NCBI GenBank assembly: GCA_019358915.1
Contig: JAHHIM010000073.1
Location: 64,001-128,000 of the forward strand
Length of the DNA: 64,000 bases
Direction of reading: 5' to 3'
DNA from: Trichormus sp. ATA11-4-KO1
GTDB taxonomy: Bacteria > Cyanobacteriota > Cyanobacteriia > Cyanobacteriales > Nostocaceae
Made by a program: the position numbers and the translations under genes. Under the pieces are notes generated by a model. It had not been told where the DNA came from. It saw nothing but the letters and a program-made list of their open reading frames with translations, and did no database searches. Position 1 is the stretch's first letter; each line of letters begins with the position of its first letter. Positions 18,687 to 29,150 of this stretch are shown here, piece after piece.

Positions 18687-19823
18687 ATGATGGTGTGCGA
18701 ATACAAGCCTGGTTTAGAAGGTATTCCCGCCGCCCAATCTAGTATCAGTCATGTTGATGGGCAAAAGGGAATTCTAGAATATCGTGGCATCCGGATTGAG
18801 GAATTAGCAGAAAAAAGTACATTTCTAGAAACTGCTTACCTCTTGATCTGGGGTGAACTGCCAAATCAGGAAGAATTGGCAGCTTTTGAGCATGAAATCC
18901 GCTATCACAGGCGGATAAAATACCGCATTCGGGACATGATGAAATGCTTTCCGGAAAGCGGTCACCCAATGGATGCGCTGCAAGCCTCAGCTGCTGCTTT
19001 AGGCTTGTTTTATTCGCGCCGGGACTTACACAATCCTGCCTACATTCGGGATGCTGTAGTGCGCTTGTTAGCAACCATTCCCACAATGGTAGCGGCATTC
19101 CAATTAATGCGAAAAGGCAATGACCCCGTAAAGCCCCGTGATGACTTAGACTACGCCGCTAACTTTCTCTACATGCTCAACGAGAAAGAACCAGACCCTC
19201 TAGCGGCGAAAATTTTTGACATCTGCTTGATTCTTCATGTGGAGCATACAATGAATGCTTCCACCTTTAGTGCTAGGGTAACGGCTTCAACCTTGACTGA
19301 CCCCTATGCTGTAGTTGCTAGTGCAGTGGGAACCTTAGGAGGGCCACTACATGGTGGAGCTAACGAAGAAGTCATTCAGATGTTGGAAGAAATTGGCTCT
19401 GTAGAAAATGTGCGTTCCTATGTAGAGGATCTTCTGCAACGCAAAGCGAAGATCATGGGCTTTGGACATCGTGTCTACAAAGTCAAAGATCCACGAGCCA
19501 CGGTTTTACAAAACCTTGCAGAACAGTTGTTTGCCAAGTTTGGGCATGACCAATACTATGACATTGCCCAAGAAATGGAACGGGTAGTCGAAGAAAAACT
19601 CGCAGGCAAAGGGATTTATCCCAATGTTGACTTTTATTCGGGTTTGGTGTACAGAAAAATGGGAATTCCCACAGACTTATTTACACCAATTTTTGCGATC
19701 GCCCGTGTTGCTGGTTGGCTAGCTCACTGGAAAGAACAACTGGCAGAAAACCGGATCTTCCGACCAACCCAGATTTATAACGGTAAACACGAGGTTCCTT
19801 ATATCCCCATTGATCTACGTTAA
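18687..19823 (+). CDS. gltA: Citrate synthase
   Basis: EHTMNAST, GPLHGGAN, GFGHRVYK, YPNVDFYSG; start MMVCEYK at 18687. Confidence 0.97.
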   Translation: MMVCEYKPGLEGIPAAQSSISHVDGQKGILEYRGIRIEELAEKSTFLETAYLLIWGELPNQEELAAFEHEIRYHRRIKYRIRDMMKCFPESGHPMDALQASAAALGLFYSRRDLHNPAYIRDAVVRLLATIPTMVAAFQLMRKGNDPVKPRDDLDYAANFLYMLNEKEPDPLAAKIFDICLILHVEHTMNASTFSARVTASTLTDPYAVVASAVGTLGGPLHGGANEEVIQMLEEIGSVENVRSYVEDLLQRKAKIMGFGHRVYKVKDPRATVLQNLAEQLFAKFGHDQYYDIAQEMERVVEEKLAGKGIYPNVDFYSGLVYRKMGIPTDLFTPIFAIARVAGWLAHWKEQLAENRIFRPTQIYNGKHEVPYIPIDLR

Positions 19824-19911
19824 TTGGCAGATTGCTTGTTAATCAGACTAGACCCAACCATGAGGTAGGAAACCGTTGCCACAATGGAGGCGGGAGTTTT
19901 GTGATGCCTTA

Positions 19912-19989
19912 GTGGGGAGAGTAGGGAATGGGGGACAAGGGGACAAGAAAAATTATTTCTACCTTTCTATCTCCCCATTTCCGACTCCC
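19912..19989. repeat. Degenerate G-rich/C-rich STRR inverted pair
   Basis: ggggagagtagggaatgggggacaaggggacaag ... ctccccatttccgactccc. Confidence 0.6.
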
Positions 19990-20208
19990 AAAAAAAGCTA
20001 ATCCTAACCATAAGTAGAAGTTCTTGTATAGCTTCAAGGGACAAAAACCATCCAACGATATACTAGGCATGGGAATTGGCAAAAATCTATGGCTACGCCG
20101 CGCAAGCTATCAATCAGGCATCTTCATCAAAGCATAAAGGATGAAGGATGAAGGCTGAAATTTGATACTTCATAACTTCATACTTCAGTTGACTTAGAGA
20201 GCGGAAAC

Positions 20209-21327
20209 ATGAATTCAGGAATTGACCTCCAAGGAACGTTTATTAAATCCGTCATGGATTTAGGGATACCAGCAGGGACAGCCAAAGCCATTTGGATGCC
20301 CTTGCCAATGATACTAATGCTGATTGGAGCAACAGTGGGGGTGTTGGTCTGTGTTTGGCTAGAACGAAAGATTTCGGCAGCCGCACAGCAGCGAATTGGG
20401 CCTGAATATATTGGACCTTTTGGCTTACTGGCTCCGGTAGCGGATGGGGTGAAGCTGGTATTTAAGGAAGACATCGTACCAGCCAAGGCTGACCCCTGGC
20501 TATTTACCTTAGGCCCCATCTTGGTGGTACTTCCAGTCTTTCTGTCCTATTTAATTGTTCCTTTTGGACAGAATATCGTCATTACCAATGTGGGAATGGG
20601 AATTTTCTTGTGGATTGCCTTCTCTAGCATTGCCCCCATTGGGTTATTAATGGCTGGCTACGCATCAAATAATAAGTATTCCTTATTAGGAGGCTTGCGG
20701 GCAGCAGCCCAGTCAATTAGTTACGAAATTCCTCTGTCGTTGAGCGTGCTAGCAGTCGTGATGATGTCTAACAGCCTCAGTACTGTTGACATTGTGAACC
20801 AGCAATCAGGCTATGGCATCCTCGGCTGGAATATTTGGCGGCAACCAGTAGGGTTCGTAATTTTTTGGATAGCAGCCCTGGCTGAATGCGAACGCTTACC
20901 CTTTGACTTACCCGAAGCAGAAGAGGAAATCGTAGCTGGTTATCAGACCGAATACTCTGGTATGAAATTCGCTCTGTTTTATCTCAGTTCCTATGTCAAC
21001 CTAGTGCTTTCTGCTTTACTAGTAGCAGTTTTATACCTGGGTGGTTGGGACTTTCCCATTCCCGTTAGTCTGATAGCGAGTTGGTTGGGAATTAGTGAAT
21101 TCAATCCCGTGTTGCAGGTAGCAACTGCTTCTTTGGGTATCGTGATGACCCTATTCAAAGCCTACTTACTAGTATTTATCGCCATCTTGTTGCGTTGGAC
21201 AGTACCACGGGTGCGGATTGACCAATTGTTAGATTTAGGATGGAAGTTTTTGTTACCAGTGGCTTTGGTTAATCTCCTATTAACCGCAGCGCTCAAACTT
21301 GCTTTTCCCGTCGCCTTCGGTGGATAA
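20209..21327 (+). CDS. ndhA: NDH-1 subunit A (NuoH)
   Basis: [33 protein letters not shown]. Confidence 0.97.
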   Translation: MNSGIDLQGTFIKSVMDLGIPAGTAKAIWMPLPMILMLIGATVGVLVCVWLERKISAAAQQRIGPEYIGPFGLLAPVADGVKLVFKEDIVPAKADPWLFTLGPILVVLPVFLSYLIVPFGQNIVITNVGMGIFLWIAFSSIAPIGLLMAGYASNNKYSLLGGLRAAAQSISYEIPLSLSVLAVVMMSNSLSTVDIVNQQSGYGILGWNIWRQPVGFVIFWIAALAECERLPFDLPEAEEEIVAGYQTEYSGMKFALFYLSSYVNLVLSALLVAVLYLGGWDFPIPVSLIASWLGISEFNPVLQVATASLGIVMTLFKAYLLVFIAILLRWTVPRVRIDQLLDLGWKFLLPVALVNLLLTAALKLAFPVAFGG

Positions 21328-21491
21328 ACCCATTTTAGATTTTAGACTTTGAATCGAGTCTGAAATCTAAAATCCATAATTCGTCTTGACAAGTTTGCTA
21401 GGTTGGGCTGAACCTCCTAATAACTTCAATGGCTGCACTACGCCAGCTATGGCAAAATTTCCAATTAAAAAGAGAGAGAAACACACTACAA

Positions 21492-22094
21492 ATGCTAAAG
21501 TTCCTGAAGCAAGTTGGCGATTACGCCAAGGAAGCAGTACAAGCCGGTCGTTATATTGGTGAAGGGTTATCTGTAACTTTTGACCACATGCGGCGGCGTC
21601 CAGTTACCGTACAGTACCCTTACGAAAAACTGATTCCTGGCGAACGGTTTCGCGGTAGGATTCATTTTGAGTTTGATAAATGTATATCTTGCGAAGTCTG
21701 TGTGCGGGTTTGTCCCATCAACCTACCTGTTGTGGATTGGGAATTTGAGAAAGCCAACAAAAAGAAAAAGCTCAAGCACTACAGCATTGACTTTGGAGTT
21801 TGTATCTTCTGTGGTAACTGTGTAGAATATTGCCCAACTAACTGTTTGTCAATGACAGAAGAATATGAGCTATCCACCTACGATCGCCATGAATTGAATT
21901 ATGATAACGTGGCACTTGGCCGTCTGCCTGATAAAGTTACAAATGACCCAATGGTAACGCCACTGCGTGAACTAGTTTACCTGCCCAAAGGTGTCATGGA
22001 ACCTCACGACCTACCTGCCGATGCTCCTCGCGCTGGTTCGCGTCCAGAAGACCTTGTGGAACAAAACAGTGAGCAATCAACAGTTAACAGTTAA
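21492..22094 (+). CDS. ndhI: NDH-1 subunit I
   Basis: Two CxxCxxCxxxCP 4Fe-4S motifs; start MLKFLKQ at 21492. Confidence 0.97.
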   Translation: MLKFLKQVGDYAKEAVQAGRYIGEGLSVTFDHMRRRPVTVQYPYEKLIPGERFRGRIHFEFDKCISCEVCVRVCPINLPVVDWEFEKANKKKKLKHYSIDFGVCIFCGNCVEYCPTNCLSMTEEYELSTYDRHELNYDNVALGRLPDKVTNDPMVTPLRELVYLPKGVMEPHDLPADAPRAGSRPEDLVEQNSEQSTVNS

Positions 22095-22155
22095 CCAAAC
22101 TAATAACTGAAAAACTGAAAACTAATAACTGACAATTGACTAAGGACAAAAAACA

Positions 22156-22770
22156 GTGAATTTAGCAGAAGGAGTACAGTTTGTTTCGTTTGGCATACTG
22201 GGTGTGATGATGATTGGTGCAGCCCTAGGGGTAGTGCTGTTTTCTAACATTGTCTATTCTGCCTTTATGCTCGGCGGTGTGTTTATCAGCATGGCGGGTC
22301 TCTATCTGTTGCTGAATGGTGACTTTGTCGCAGCAGCACAGGTGCTAATTTATGTTGGGGCGGTTAACGTGCTGATTTTGTTTGCCATTATGTTGGTGAA
22401 CAAGCGGCAAGATTTTGCTCCGTTGCCCAGCGCTTGGTTGCGAAAAATACTTACAGGGGTAGTCAGTTTAGGATTGTTTGCCCTGTTGAGTACAATGGTT
22501 TTGGCAACTCCTTGGGCATACTCAACAACTGCTCCTGTAGTTGCAGAAAGTTCGATAGTTTTGATTGGTGAGCATTTCTTCACTGACTTTTTACTACCTT
22601 TTGAACTGGCTTCGGTTTTGTTGTTAATGGCGATGGTAGGAGCGATAATTTTGGCACGTCGCGAGTATTTACCTGCACAACCGACACCATCAGAACTGCA
22701 ACAAACTGTTTTGACTTTGCCAGAACGCCCCAGAGATTTGGTATCAGCAGGTAGCGAAACCAAAGAGTAA
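22156..22770 (+). CDS. ndhG: NDH-1 subunit G (NuoJ)
   Basis: QVLIYVGAVNVL, LLPFELASVLLL; operon order. Confidence 0.95.
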   Translation: MNLAEGVQFVSFGILGVMMIGAALGVVLFSNIVYSAFMLGGVFISMAGLYLLLNGDFVAAAQVLIYVGAVNVLILFAIMLVNKRQDFAPLPSAWLRKILTGVVSLGLFALLSTMVLATPWAYSTTAPVVAESSIVLIGEHFFTDFLLPFELASVLLLMAMVGAIILARREYLPAQPTPSELQQTVLTLPERPRDLVSAGSETKE

Positions 22771-22851
22771 GGTTAGCGATCTAGTTCACAGCTAAAAAGC
22801 CAGGTTTTTATGGCTACGCCACGCCAGCTATTAGAAGGAATACGATCATCC

Positions 22852-23157
22852 ATGCAACTCCAGTACTTTTTATTACTAGCAGCAGCTTTGTTCTGTATCG
22901 GCATTTATGGCTTAATTACCAGTCGTAACGCTGTACGGGTGTTGATGTCAATTGAGTTACTGCTCAATGCTGTTAATCTGAATTTAATGGCATTTTCCAA
23001 CTTTCTCGATTCAACTTTAATTAAGGGCCAGGTATTCACCGTGTTTGTGATTACCGTGGCAGCTGCTGAAGCGGCGGTAGGATTAGCGATCGTGCTTGCC
23101 ATTTATCGCAACCGTGAAACCGTCGATATGGAGCAGTTTAATCTCCTGAAGTGGTAA
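22852..23157 (+). CDS. ndhE: NDH-1 subunit E (NuoK)
   Basis: [23 protein letters not shown]; start MQLQYF at 22852. Confidence 0.96.
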   Translation: MQLQYFLLLAAALFCIGIYGLITSRNAVRVLMSIELLLNAVNLNLMAFSNFLDSTLIKGQVFTVFVITVAAAEAAVGLAIVLAIYRNRETVDMEQFNLLKW

Positions 23158-23163
23158 TTGTGC

Positions 23164-24084
23164 GTGCAACTCAAGCAGGTAATCATTGCTTATAAAGCAC
23201 GAGATTCTCAGAGTAAACGCTGGGCAGAACTCTGTGCTAAACAACTAGAAAATCGCCAATGTCAGGTGTTGATGGGGCCTAGTGGGCCAAAAGATAATCC
23301 TTATCCCGTCTTTTTGGCTTCGGCTGGTCAACCAATCGATTTGGCTTTGGTACTCGGTGGTGATGGCACTGTCTTAACTAGTGCCAGACATTTAGCCCCA
23401 GCTGGTATACCCATTTTGGGAGTAAATGTAGGCGGTCATCTGGGCTTTTTAACCGAGTCAGTAGATGAATTTCAAGATACGGAGCAAGTTTGGGATCGGC
23501 TATTTGAAGATCGCTATGCTATCCAGAGGCGGATGATGTTACAAGCGGCAGTGTATGAGGGTCATCGCACAAATTTGGAACCTGTGACTGAGCGCTACCT
23601 CGCTTTGAATGAATTTTGTGTCAAACCCGCTTCCGCAGACCGCATGATCACCTCAATTTTGGAAATGGAAATTGATGGTGAGGTAGTTGACCAATATGTG
23701 GGAGATGGTTTGATTATTTCCACTCCCACCGGTTCTACCGGTTATACAGTTTCTGCTAATGGCCCCATTATGCACGATGGTATGGAGGCGATTACCATCA
23801 CTCCTATTTGCCCCATGAGTCTTTCTAGTCGCCCTTTAGTCTTACCTCCTGGTTCTGTGGTCAGCATCTGGCCTTTGGGAGACTATGATTTAAGTACCAA
23901 ACTGTGGATGGATGGGGTATTATCTACGTCAATTTGGCCAGGACATCGCGTTGATGTGCGGATGGCTGATTGTCGAGCTAAGTTTATTATTTTACGAGAG
24001 AACAATTCATACTATCAGACGCTGCGAGAGAAGTTGCTTTGGGCAGGCACGAGGGTTCGCTACAGTAATAATCACCGTAATTGA
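23164..24084 (+). CDS. nadK: NAD(+) kinase
   Basis: GGDGT, GHLGFL, LNE, GDG..STPTGSTGY; GTG start. Confidence 0.95.
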   Translation: MQLKQVIIAYKARDSQSKRWAELCAKQLENRQCQVLMGPSGPKDNPYPVFLASAGQPIDLALVLGGDGTVLTSARHLAPAGIPILGVNVGGHLGFLTESVDEFQDTEQVWDRLFEDRYAIQRRMMLQAAVYEGHRTNLEPVTERYLALNEFCVKPASADRMITSILEMEIDGEVVDQYVGDGLIISTPTGSTGYTVSANGPIMHDGMEAITITPICPMSLSSRPLVLPPGSVVSIWPLGDYDLSTKLWMDGVLSTSIWPGHRVDVRMADCRAKFIILRENNSYYQTLREKLLWAGTRVRYSNNHRN

Positions 24085-24151
24085 TAGACCAAGTGTCTGG
24101 CGATGTCAGTTCGCTTCTAGTGCAAGTTGTCTGTGAATACAATACTGTGCC

Positions 24152-24177
24152 AGCCCCCGCATAAATCCGGGGGCTTT
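24152..24177 (+). terminator. Rho-independent terminator after the ndh-nadK operon
   Basis: AGCCCCCG-CATAAATC-CGGGGGCT-TT. Confidence 0.7.
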
Positions 24178-24506
24178 CTCCCTGATTCTGAGTTTCTTAG
24201 CTGACTAAAATTGACATAAAAATTAATATATCGATGAAAAAATTTGTATCTTATTGCCAGTTTTTTCTAGCGGTCAAGGTCATAATAAAAGCACTTAAGG
24301 CAAACTTTAATAAATAACGCTTGAGCATGTTAATTCATAAAATAGTCTATTTACATAGCAGGTAAAACTTATACCAATTTGGATGTTAGTTGCATAATTT
24401 AGAAATATTTATTCCTCACTCCCTACTCTCCCCAAAGTTAGAGTTACGCTAAGATGCGCCGATTGGTATTTGTAGGATATTTTCACACATCTAAGTTGGA
24501 AGACAG

Positions 24507-25283
24507 ATGGAAATTTCTGAACGCAACATCAATTACTCAGTTAGTTCTGCTTCCGCTTTTACAGATTTTCCAGTTCTGCAAACCGACAACTATATCCTAC
24601 AACTTGCGTCGACTGAAGAAGAATTAAAATCTATTTTCCGCTTGCGATTTGAAGTTTTTAATCTGGAACTAGGTTTAGGATTATCTACTTCGAGTCTTAC
24701 TCAAATGGATCAAGATCAATTTGATACGGTTTGTCATCATTTAATGCTCATTTCTAAACATACTGGTAATACAATTGGAACCTATCGGATGCAAACCTAT
24801 AAAATGGCATCTCAAGGGTTGGGTTTTGATGCGGCTGATGTATTTAATCTTAGTACAATTCCTCATTCCATCCTACAAGCATCTGTAGAGGTTGGACGTG
24901 CATGTATAGCGAAAGAATTTCGGAATACTCAGGCACTTTTAATGCTCTGGCAAGGACTAGCAAATTATCTCATCTGGGGCAAAAACAAATATTTTTTCGG
25001 TTGTGCATCTTTACTCACACAATGTTCTGAGCAAGCTACTCGTGCTTATCATCATTTTCGGCAGAATAACTTCATGCATCCAAGTATTTTAGTTCATCCA
25101 AATTTCAAATATTCTTTGAATATACCACAAGAATCTCAGGAAAAATGTGAAGTCAAAATTCCCAAAATTTTGCAGGCGTATCTAAATATTGGAGTCAAGA
25201 TATGCAGTCTGCCAGCCATTGATCGACAGTTTAAAACTATTGATTTTTTAATCATATCTAACATCGAAAACTTTATTAATTAA
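24507..25283 (+). CDS. GNAT-family acyltransferase (OlsB-like)
   Basis: FRLRFEVFNLE, DQDQFD, IGTYRM, EVGRACI, PKILQAYL, PAIDRQFKTIDF. Confidence 0.8.
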   Translation: MEISERNINYSVSSASAFTDFPVLQTDNYILQLASTEEELKSIFRLRFEVFNLELGLGLSTSSLTQMDQDQFDTVCHHLMLISKHTGNTIGTYRMQTYKMASQGLGFDAADVFNLSTIPHSILQASVEVGRACIAKEFRNTQALLMLWQGLANYLIWGKNKYFFGCASLLTQCSEQATRAYHHFRQNNFMHPSILVHPNFKYSLNIPQESQEKCEVKIPKILQAYLNIGVKICSLPAIDRQFKTIDFLIISNIENFIN

Positions 25284-25301
25284 ATAGTTTTTTTCTAAGC
25301 T

Positions 25302-26966
25302 ATGCGGAACATCATACTCGTTCCGAGTTGGTTGCGATTTTTAATTATATTTTTATTGTCAATAGGTATATTATTTCGCTTTGTCAACCTTGATGGCAAA
25401 GTCTACTCACATGACGAAACTTATACGTCATTGAGAATTTCTGGTTACACAGTAGATGAAGTAAAGCAGGAAATATTTACTGGTCGTGTAATTAGTAAAG
25501 AAAGTTTTGCTAAGTTTCAAAGTTCTAATCTGGAAAAAAGCTTCAGTGACATAATTATGTCTTTGGCAACAAAAGACCCACAGCATCCACCAATTTATTA
25601 TTTAATAGCCAGGTTTTGGGTAGAAGTCTTTGGTAATTCTGTAACAGCAATTAGAAGTTTATCTGCTTTTTTTAGCTTGTTAGTTTTCCCATGTAGTTAT
25701 TGGTTATATCGAGAATTATTTCATGTGCCGTTAACAGTACCAGGGTTAGCGATCGCTCTCATGGCAATATCACCAATTCATCTAGTTTATGCTCAAGAAG
25801 CACGAGAATATATGCTTTGGTTAGTCACCATCATATTATGTAGCGCCGCACTATTGCGAGCCATTCGGCTAGAGTCAAAAGATAATCAAGAATTAGCCAA
25901 AAGACAGCAAAATTCAGATCGCTTTGCTACATGGGTAATTTATGTAATCACTTTAGTACTCAGTCTATATACATGTTTGTGGGGTGTATTTATTGCAATT
26001 GCTCATGGAATTTATCTGATGATCATGACAAAATTCCAACTGACAGAAACTGTGAGAGCTTATTTGCTAGCATCATCTTTGAGCTTTTTAGCCTTTATGC
26101 CTTGGATGATGATTGTGGTGGCTAATTTTTTCGAGTTCCTGTTGACAGCATCTGTGAGTAAAAACCAGTTATCTCTAATGCCTTTAATTTCATTTTGGTT
26201 AATGCAGGTAAGCCGAATTTTTTTTGATTTAAACTTTAACTTAAACAATCCTCTAAGTTATTTAATTTCACTGATTTTTTTAATTTTAGTAGGATACGCA
26301 ATTTATTTTATGTGTCGTACAACTAATTACAAAACTTGGTTGTTTATTGTGACTCTGATTATAGTACCAGCGTTACCTATCATGCTGCTAGATTTATTTT
26401 CTGGGGATATAACCTCAATTTCGGAACCTTATTTAATACCTGCTTATTTAGGTATTCAAATTACTGTTGCTTATTTGCTAGGCACACAAATATATAGTGG
26501 GATTGTATCACGCCGCAGAATTTGGCAAATGATTATTTTGCTGGTAATTGTTTGTGGATTAATTTCTTACAGGGTGAGTTATGAAGCAGAAACTTGGTGG
26601 CATAAGGAAGTTAGTTATAGTAATCCATTAGTTGCTAATATTATAAATCTGTCAGAAAGCCCATTGTTAATTAGTGACTCTGAGGGTATTAATTATGGTA
26701 ATGTGTTTTCTTTAAGCTATCTTGTGCAGCCAAAAGTGCGGTTTCAATTGCTCAAAAATCAAATTATTCCTGATATTCCTGATGGCTTTACTGATATTTT
26801 TTTATTAAATCCTTCAGACACTTGGCGTAGGCAAATAGTCACAAAGTATGAATTTAATATAAATATAGTTTATGAGGACGAATATTACTCACTCTGGAAA
26901 TTAGCACAACCTCGCACCTCACAGCAACGTGTTATGCCCAACCGCAATAAACTTTCCAGTGGGTAA
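25302..26966 (+). CDS. Membrane glycosyltransferase, GT39/PMT-like (GT-C fold)
   Basis: YSHDE, QHPPIYY, YAQEAREY, many TM helices. Confidence 0.82.
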   Translation: MRNIILVPSWLRFLIIFLLSIGILFRFVNLDGKVYSHDETYTSLRISGYTVDEVKQEIFTGRVISKESFAKFQSSNLEKSFSDIIMSLATKDPQHPPIYYLIARFWVEVFGNSVTAIRSLSAFFSLLVFPCSYWLYRELFHVPLTVPGLAIALMAISPIHLVYAQEAREYMLWLVTIILCSAALLRAIRLESKDNQELAKRQQNSDRFATWVIYVITLVLSLYTCLWGVFIAIAHGIYLMIMTKFQLTETVRAYLLASSLSFLAFMPWMMIVVANFFEFLLTASVSKNQLSLMPLISFWLMQVSRIFFDLNFNLNNPLSYLISLIFLILVGYAIYFMCRTTNYKTWLFIVTLIIVPALPIMLLDLFSGDITSISEPYLIPAYLGIQITVAYLLGTQIYSGIVSRRRIWQMIILLVIVCGLISYRVSYEAETWWHKEVSYSNPLVANIINLSESPLLISDSEGINYGNVFSLSYLVQPKVRFQLLKNQIIPDIPDGFTDIFLLNPSDTWRRQIVTKYEFNINIVYEDEYYSLWKLAQPRTSQQRVMPNRNKLSSG

Positions 26967-27116
26967 CAGTATTCTCAAAAATTGGCAAAATTAAGGTTTC
27001 ATATTGACTCATAATAAGTTTTAGTATGCGACTGGTGACAGTGAGCGAACCTCACCCTTAACTACTTGTCCCGCCTGAGTGGGTGATTTTGTCAAACTTA
27101 TTGAGAAATCTAATTT

Positions 27117-28742
27117 ATGCGACATCTCAAACTTGCTCCTAGTTGGTTGCAGTTTTTAATTGTCGTTCTGTTAGCCCTGGGTGTATTTTTCCGATTCTTG
27201 AATTTAGATGGTAAAGTTTACTGGCATGATGAGACTTTTACCTCATTACGAATTTCTGGTTACACTGCTGCTGAGGTCAAACAGCAAATTTTTAATGGCC
27301 GTATCATTACCAAAGAAAGTTTCGCCAAGTTTCAAAGTCCGAACTTAGAAAAAAGCTTAGGCGATACCCTTAAGTCTTTAGCAACAGAAGATCCGCAGCA
27401 CCCGCCGCTTTATTACGTCATCGCCAGATTCTGGGTGGAAATATTTGGTAACTCGGTGACCACCATCAGAAGTTTGTCGGCTTTCATCAGCTTGTTGGTG
27501 TTTCCCTGCGGTTATTGGTTATGCCGAGAGTTATTTAATGTGCCGTTAACAGTACCAGGGTTAGCGATCGCTCTTATGGCTATTTCACCAATTCACCTAG
27601 TCTATGCTCAGGAAGCACGAGAATATATTCTCTGGATGGTGACTATATTACTATGTAGCGCCTCATTACTGCGAGCTATTCGGCTGGAATCAGTAGATAA
27701 TAAAGAATTAGTAAAAGGACAGCAACTACCTAATCGCCAGGTACTTTGGGGAATTTATGCTGTAACTTTAGCGCTTAGTCTTTATACATTTTTATTAAGT
27801 GGATTTGTGGCAGTATCTCATGGAATTTATGTGCTTGCCATTGCCAAATTCCGTTTGACTGAGACACTCAAAGCTTATATGCTAGCAACTTTAGCAGGGT
27901 TTTTCGCTTTCACACCTTGGATTATGGTTGTGATCATTAACTTCTTTAAATTTGATGATGCAACCGCCTGGACAAAGATGCAGTTGCCTTTAGAAACGTT
28001 AATCCAATCTTGGCTACTACAGTTAAGCAGAATTTTTTTTGATTTAGATTTTGGGTTTGAAAATAACTTTAGCATTTTAGTCACACTAATTTTTTTAATT
28101 TTGGTGATATATGCAATTTATTTTCTTTGTCGGACAACTCACTATAAAGTTTGGTTATTTATCGTGGCTTTGATTGTAGTACCAGCACTACCGCTCATGC
28201 TGCCAGATTTAATTTTTGGAGGTATACGCTCACTTTCTGAACGTTATTTGTTACCTTCTTATTTAGGTATTCAAATTGCTGTTGCCTATCTATTAGCTAC
28301 ACAAATATATAATGGGAAACCATCGCGCCGTCAAATTTGGCAAAAGATAATGATGTTTTTAATTATTTGTGGATTGATTTCTTATACGGTGAGTTCCCAG
28401 GCAGATACTTGGTGGAGTAAGGTTATTAGCTATGGTAATCCACAAGTTGCAAAAATTATCAATCAAATTGATAAACCACTTTTGATGAGTGATGCTTTTG
28501 GGATTAATTATGGCAACATTTTTTCTTTGAGTTATCTTATGCAGCCAAAAGTACGGTTTCTATTGGTACAAGAACAAATTATTCCTGAGATTCCTGATGG
28601 TTTTACTGATATTTTTTTACTAAATCCTTCAGATAGTTGGCGTCAGGAAATAGAAGCTAGATATCAAGCTACAGCAAATGTTGTTTATGGGAACAATCAT
28701 TACTTGCTTTGGAAGTTAGCAAATTATAAGAATTTGCGTTAA
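27117..28742 (+). CDS. Membrane glycosyltransferase, GT39/PMT-like (tandem paralog)
   Basis: YWHDE, QHPPLYY, YAQEAREY; collinear with the upstream gene. Confidence 0.85.
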   Translation: MRHLKLAPSWLQFLIVVLLALGVFFRFLNLDGKVYWHDETFTSLRISGYTAAEVKQQIFNGRIITKESFAKFQSPNLEKSLGDTLKSLATEDPQHPPLYYVIARFWVEIFGNSVTTIRSLSAFISLLVFPCGYWLCRELFNVPLTVPGLAIALMAISPIHLVYAQEAREYILWMVTILLCSASLLRAIRLESVDNKELVKGQQLPNRQVLWGIYAVTLALSLYTFLLSGFVAVSHGIYVLAIAKFRLTETLKAYMLATLAGFFAFTPWIMVVIINFFKFDDATAWTKMQLPLETLIQSWLLQLSRIFFDLDFGFENNFSILVTLIFLILVIYAIYFLCRTTHYKVWLFIVALIVVPALPLMLPDLIFGGIRSLSERYLLPSYLGIQIAVAYLLATQIYNGKPSRRQIWQKIMMFLIICGLISYTVSSQADTWWSKVISYGNPQVAKIINQIDKPLLMSDAFGINYGNIFSLSYLMQPKVRFLLVQEQIIPEIPDGFTDIFLLNPSDSWRQEIEARYQATANVVYGNNHYLLWKLANYKNLR

Positions 28743-28840
28743 AAAGTAATGTCAAGATACCTGGATATTAAGAAACGAACCGCAAAGGACACAAAGTGCG
28801 CTAAGAAAGAGAGTGATATTGCTCAAGTACAAGTTTACAG

Positions 28841-29121
28841 ATAAGTAGAAAGATTTAAGTTTGTAGTAAGCGGCTAAAGCCCTTAAAAACCTTGTAAGAA
28901 AGTGATAAATTGCTCACTACGAGGGAGCATCCCAATTTGGCAAAAATATAAGGAACTGACGCAATAACCATATTAAACCCTCTTACCTTTGTGTCCTTTG
29001 CGTCTTGGTGGTTCGTTTTATTTCACCTTTCTGGGTAAGCCAAATTTCCATAAATAAATTAAACTTGCACATTTGGGATGTTCCCTACTACGAACAAAAT
29101 TTTATCAATTATGTCTACTTA
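28841..29121. mobile_element. Nested small IR-bounded repeat elements
   Basis: Inner AGGGAGCATCCCAA...TTGGGATGTTCCCT flanked by duplicated ACTACG, inside an outer AAGTAGA...TCTACTT element. Confidence 0.55.
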
Positions 29122-29150
29122 ATTAATTGATATTATCTGACTCATAAAAC

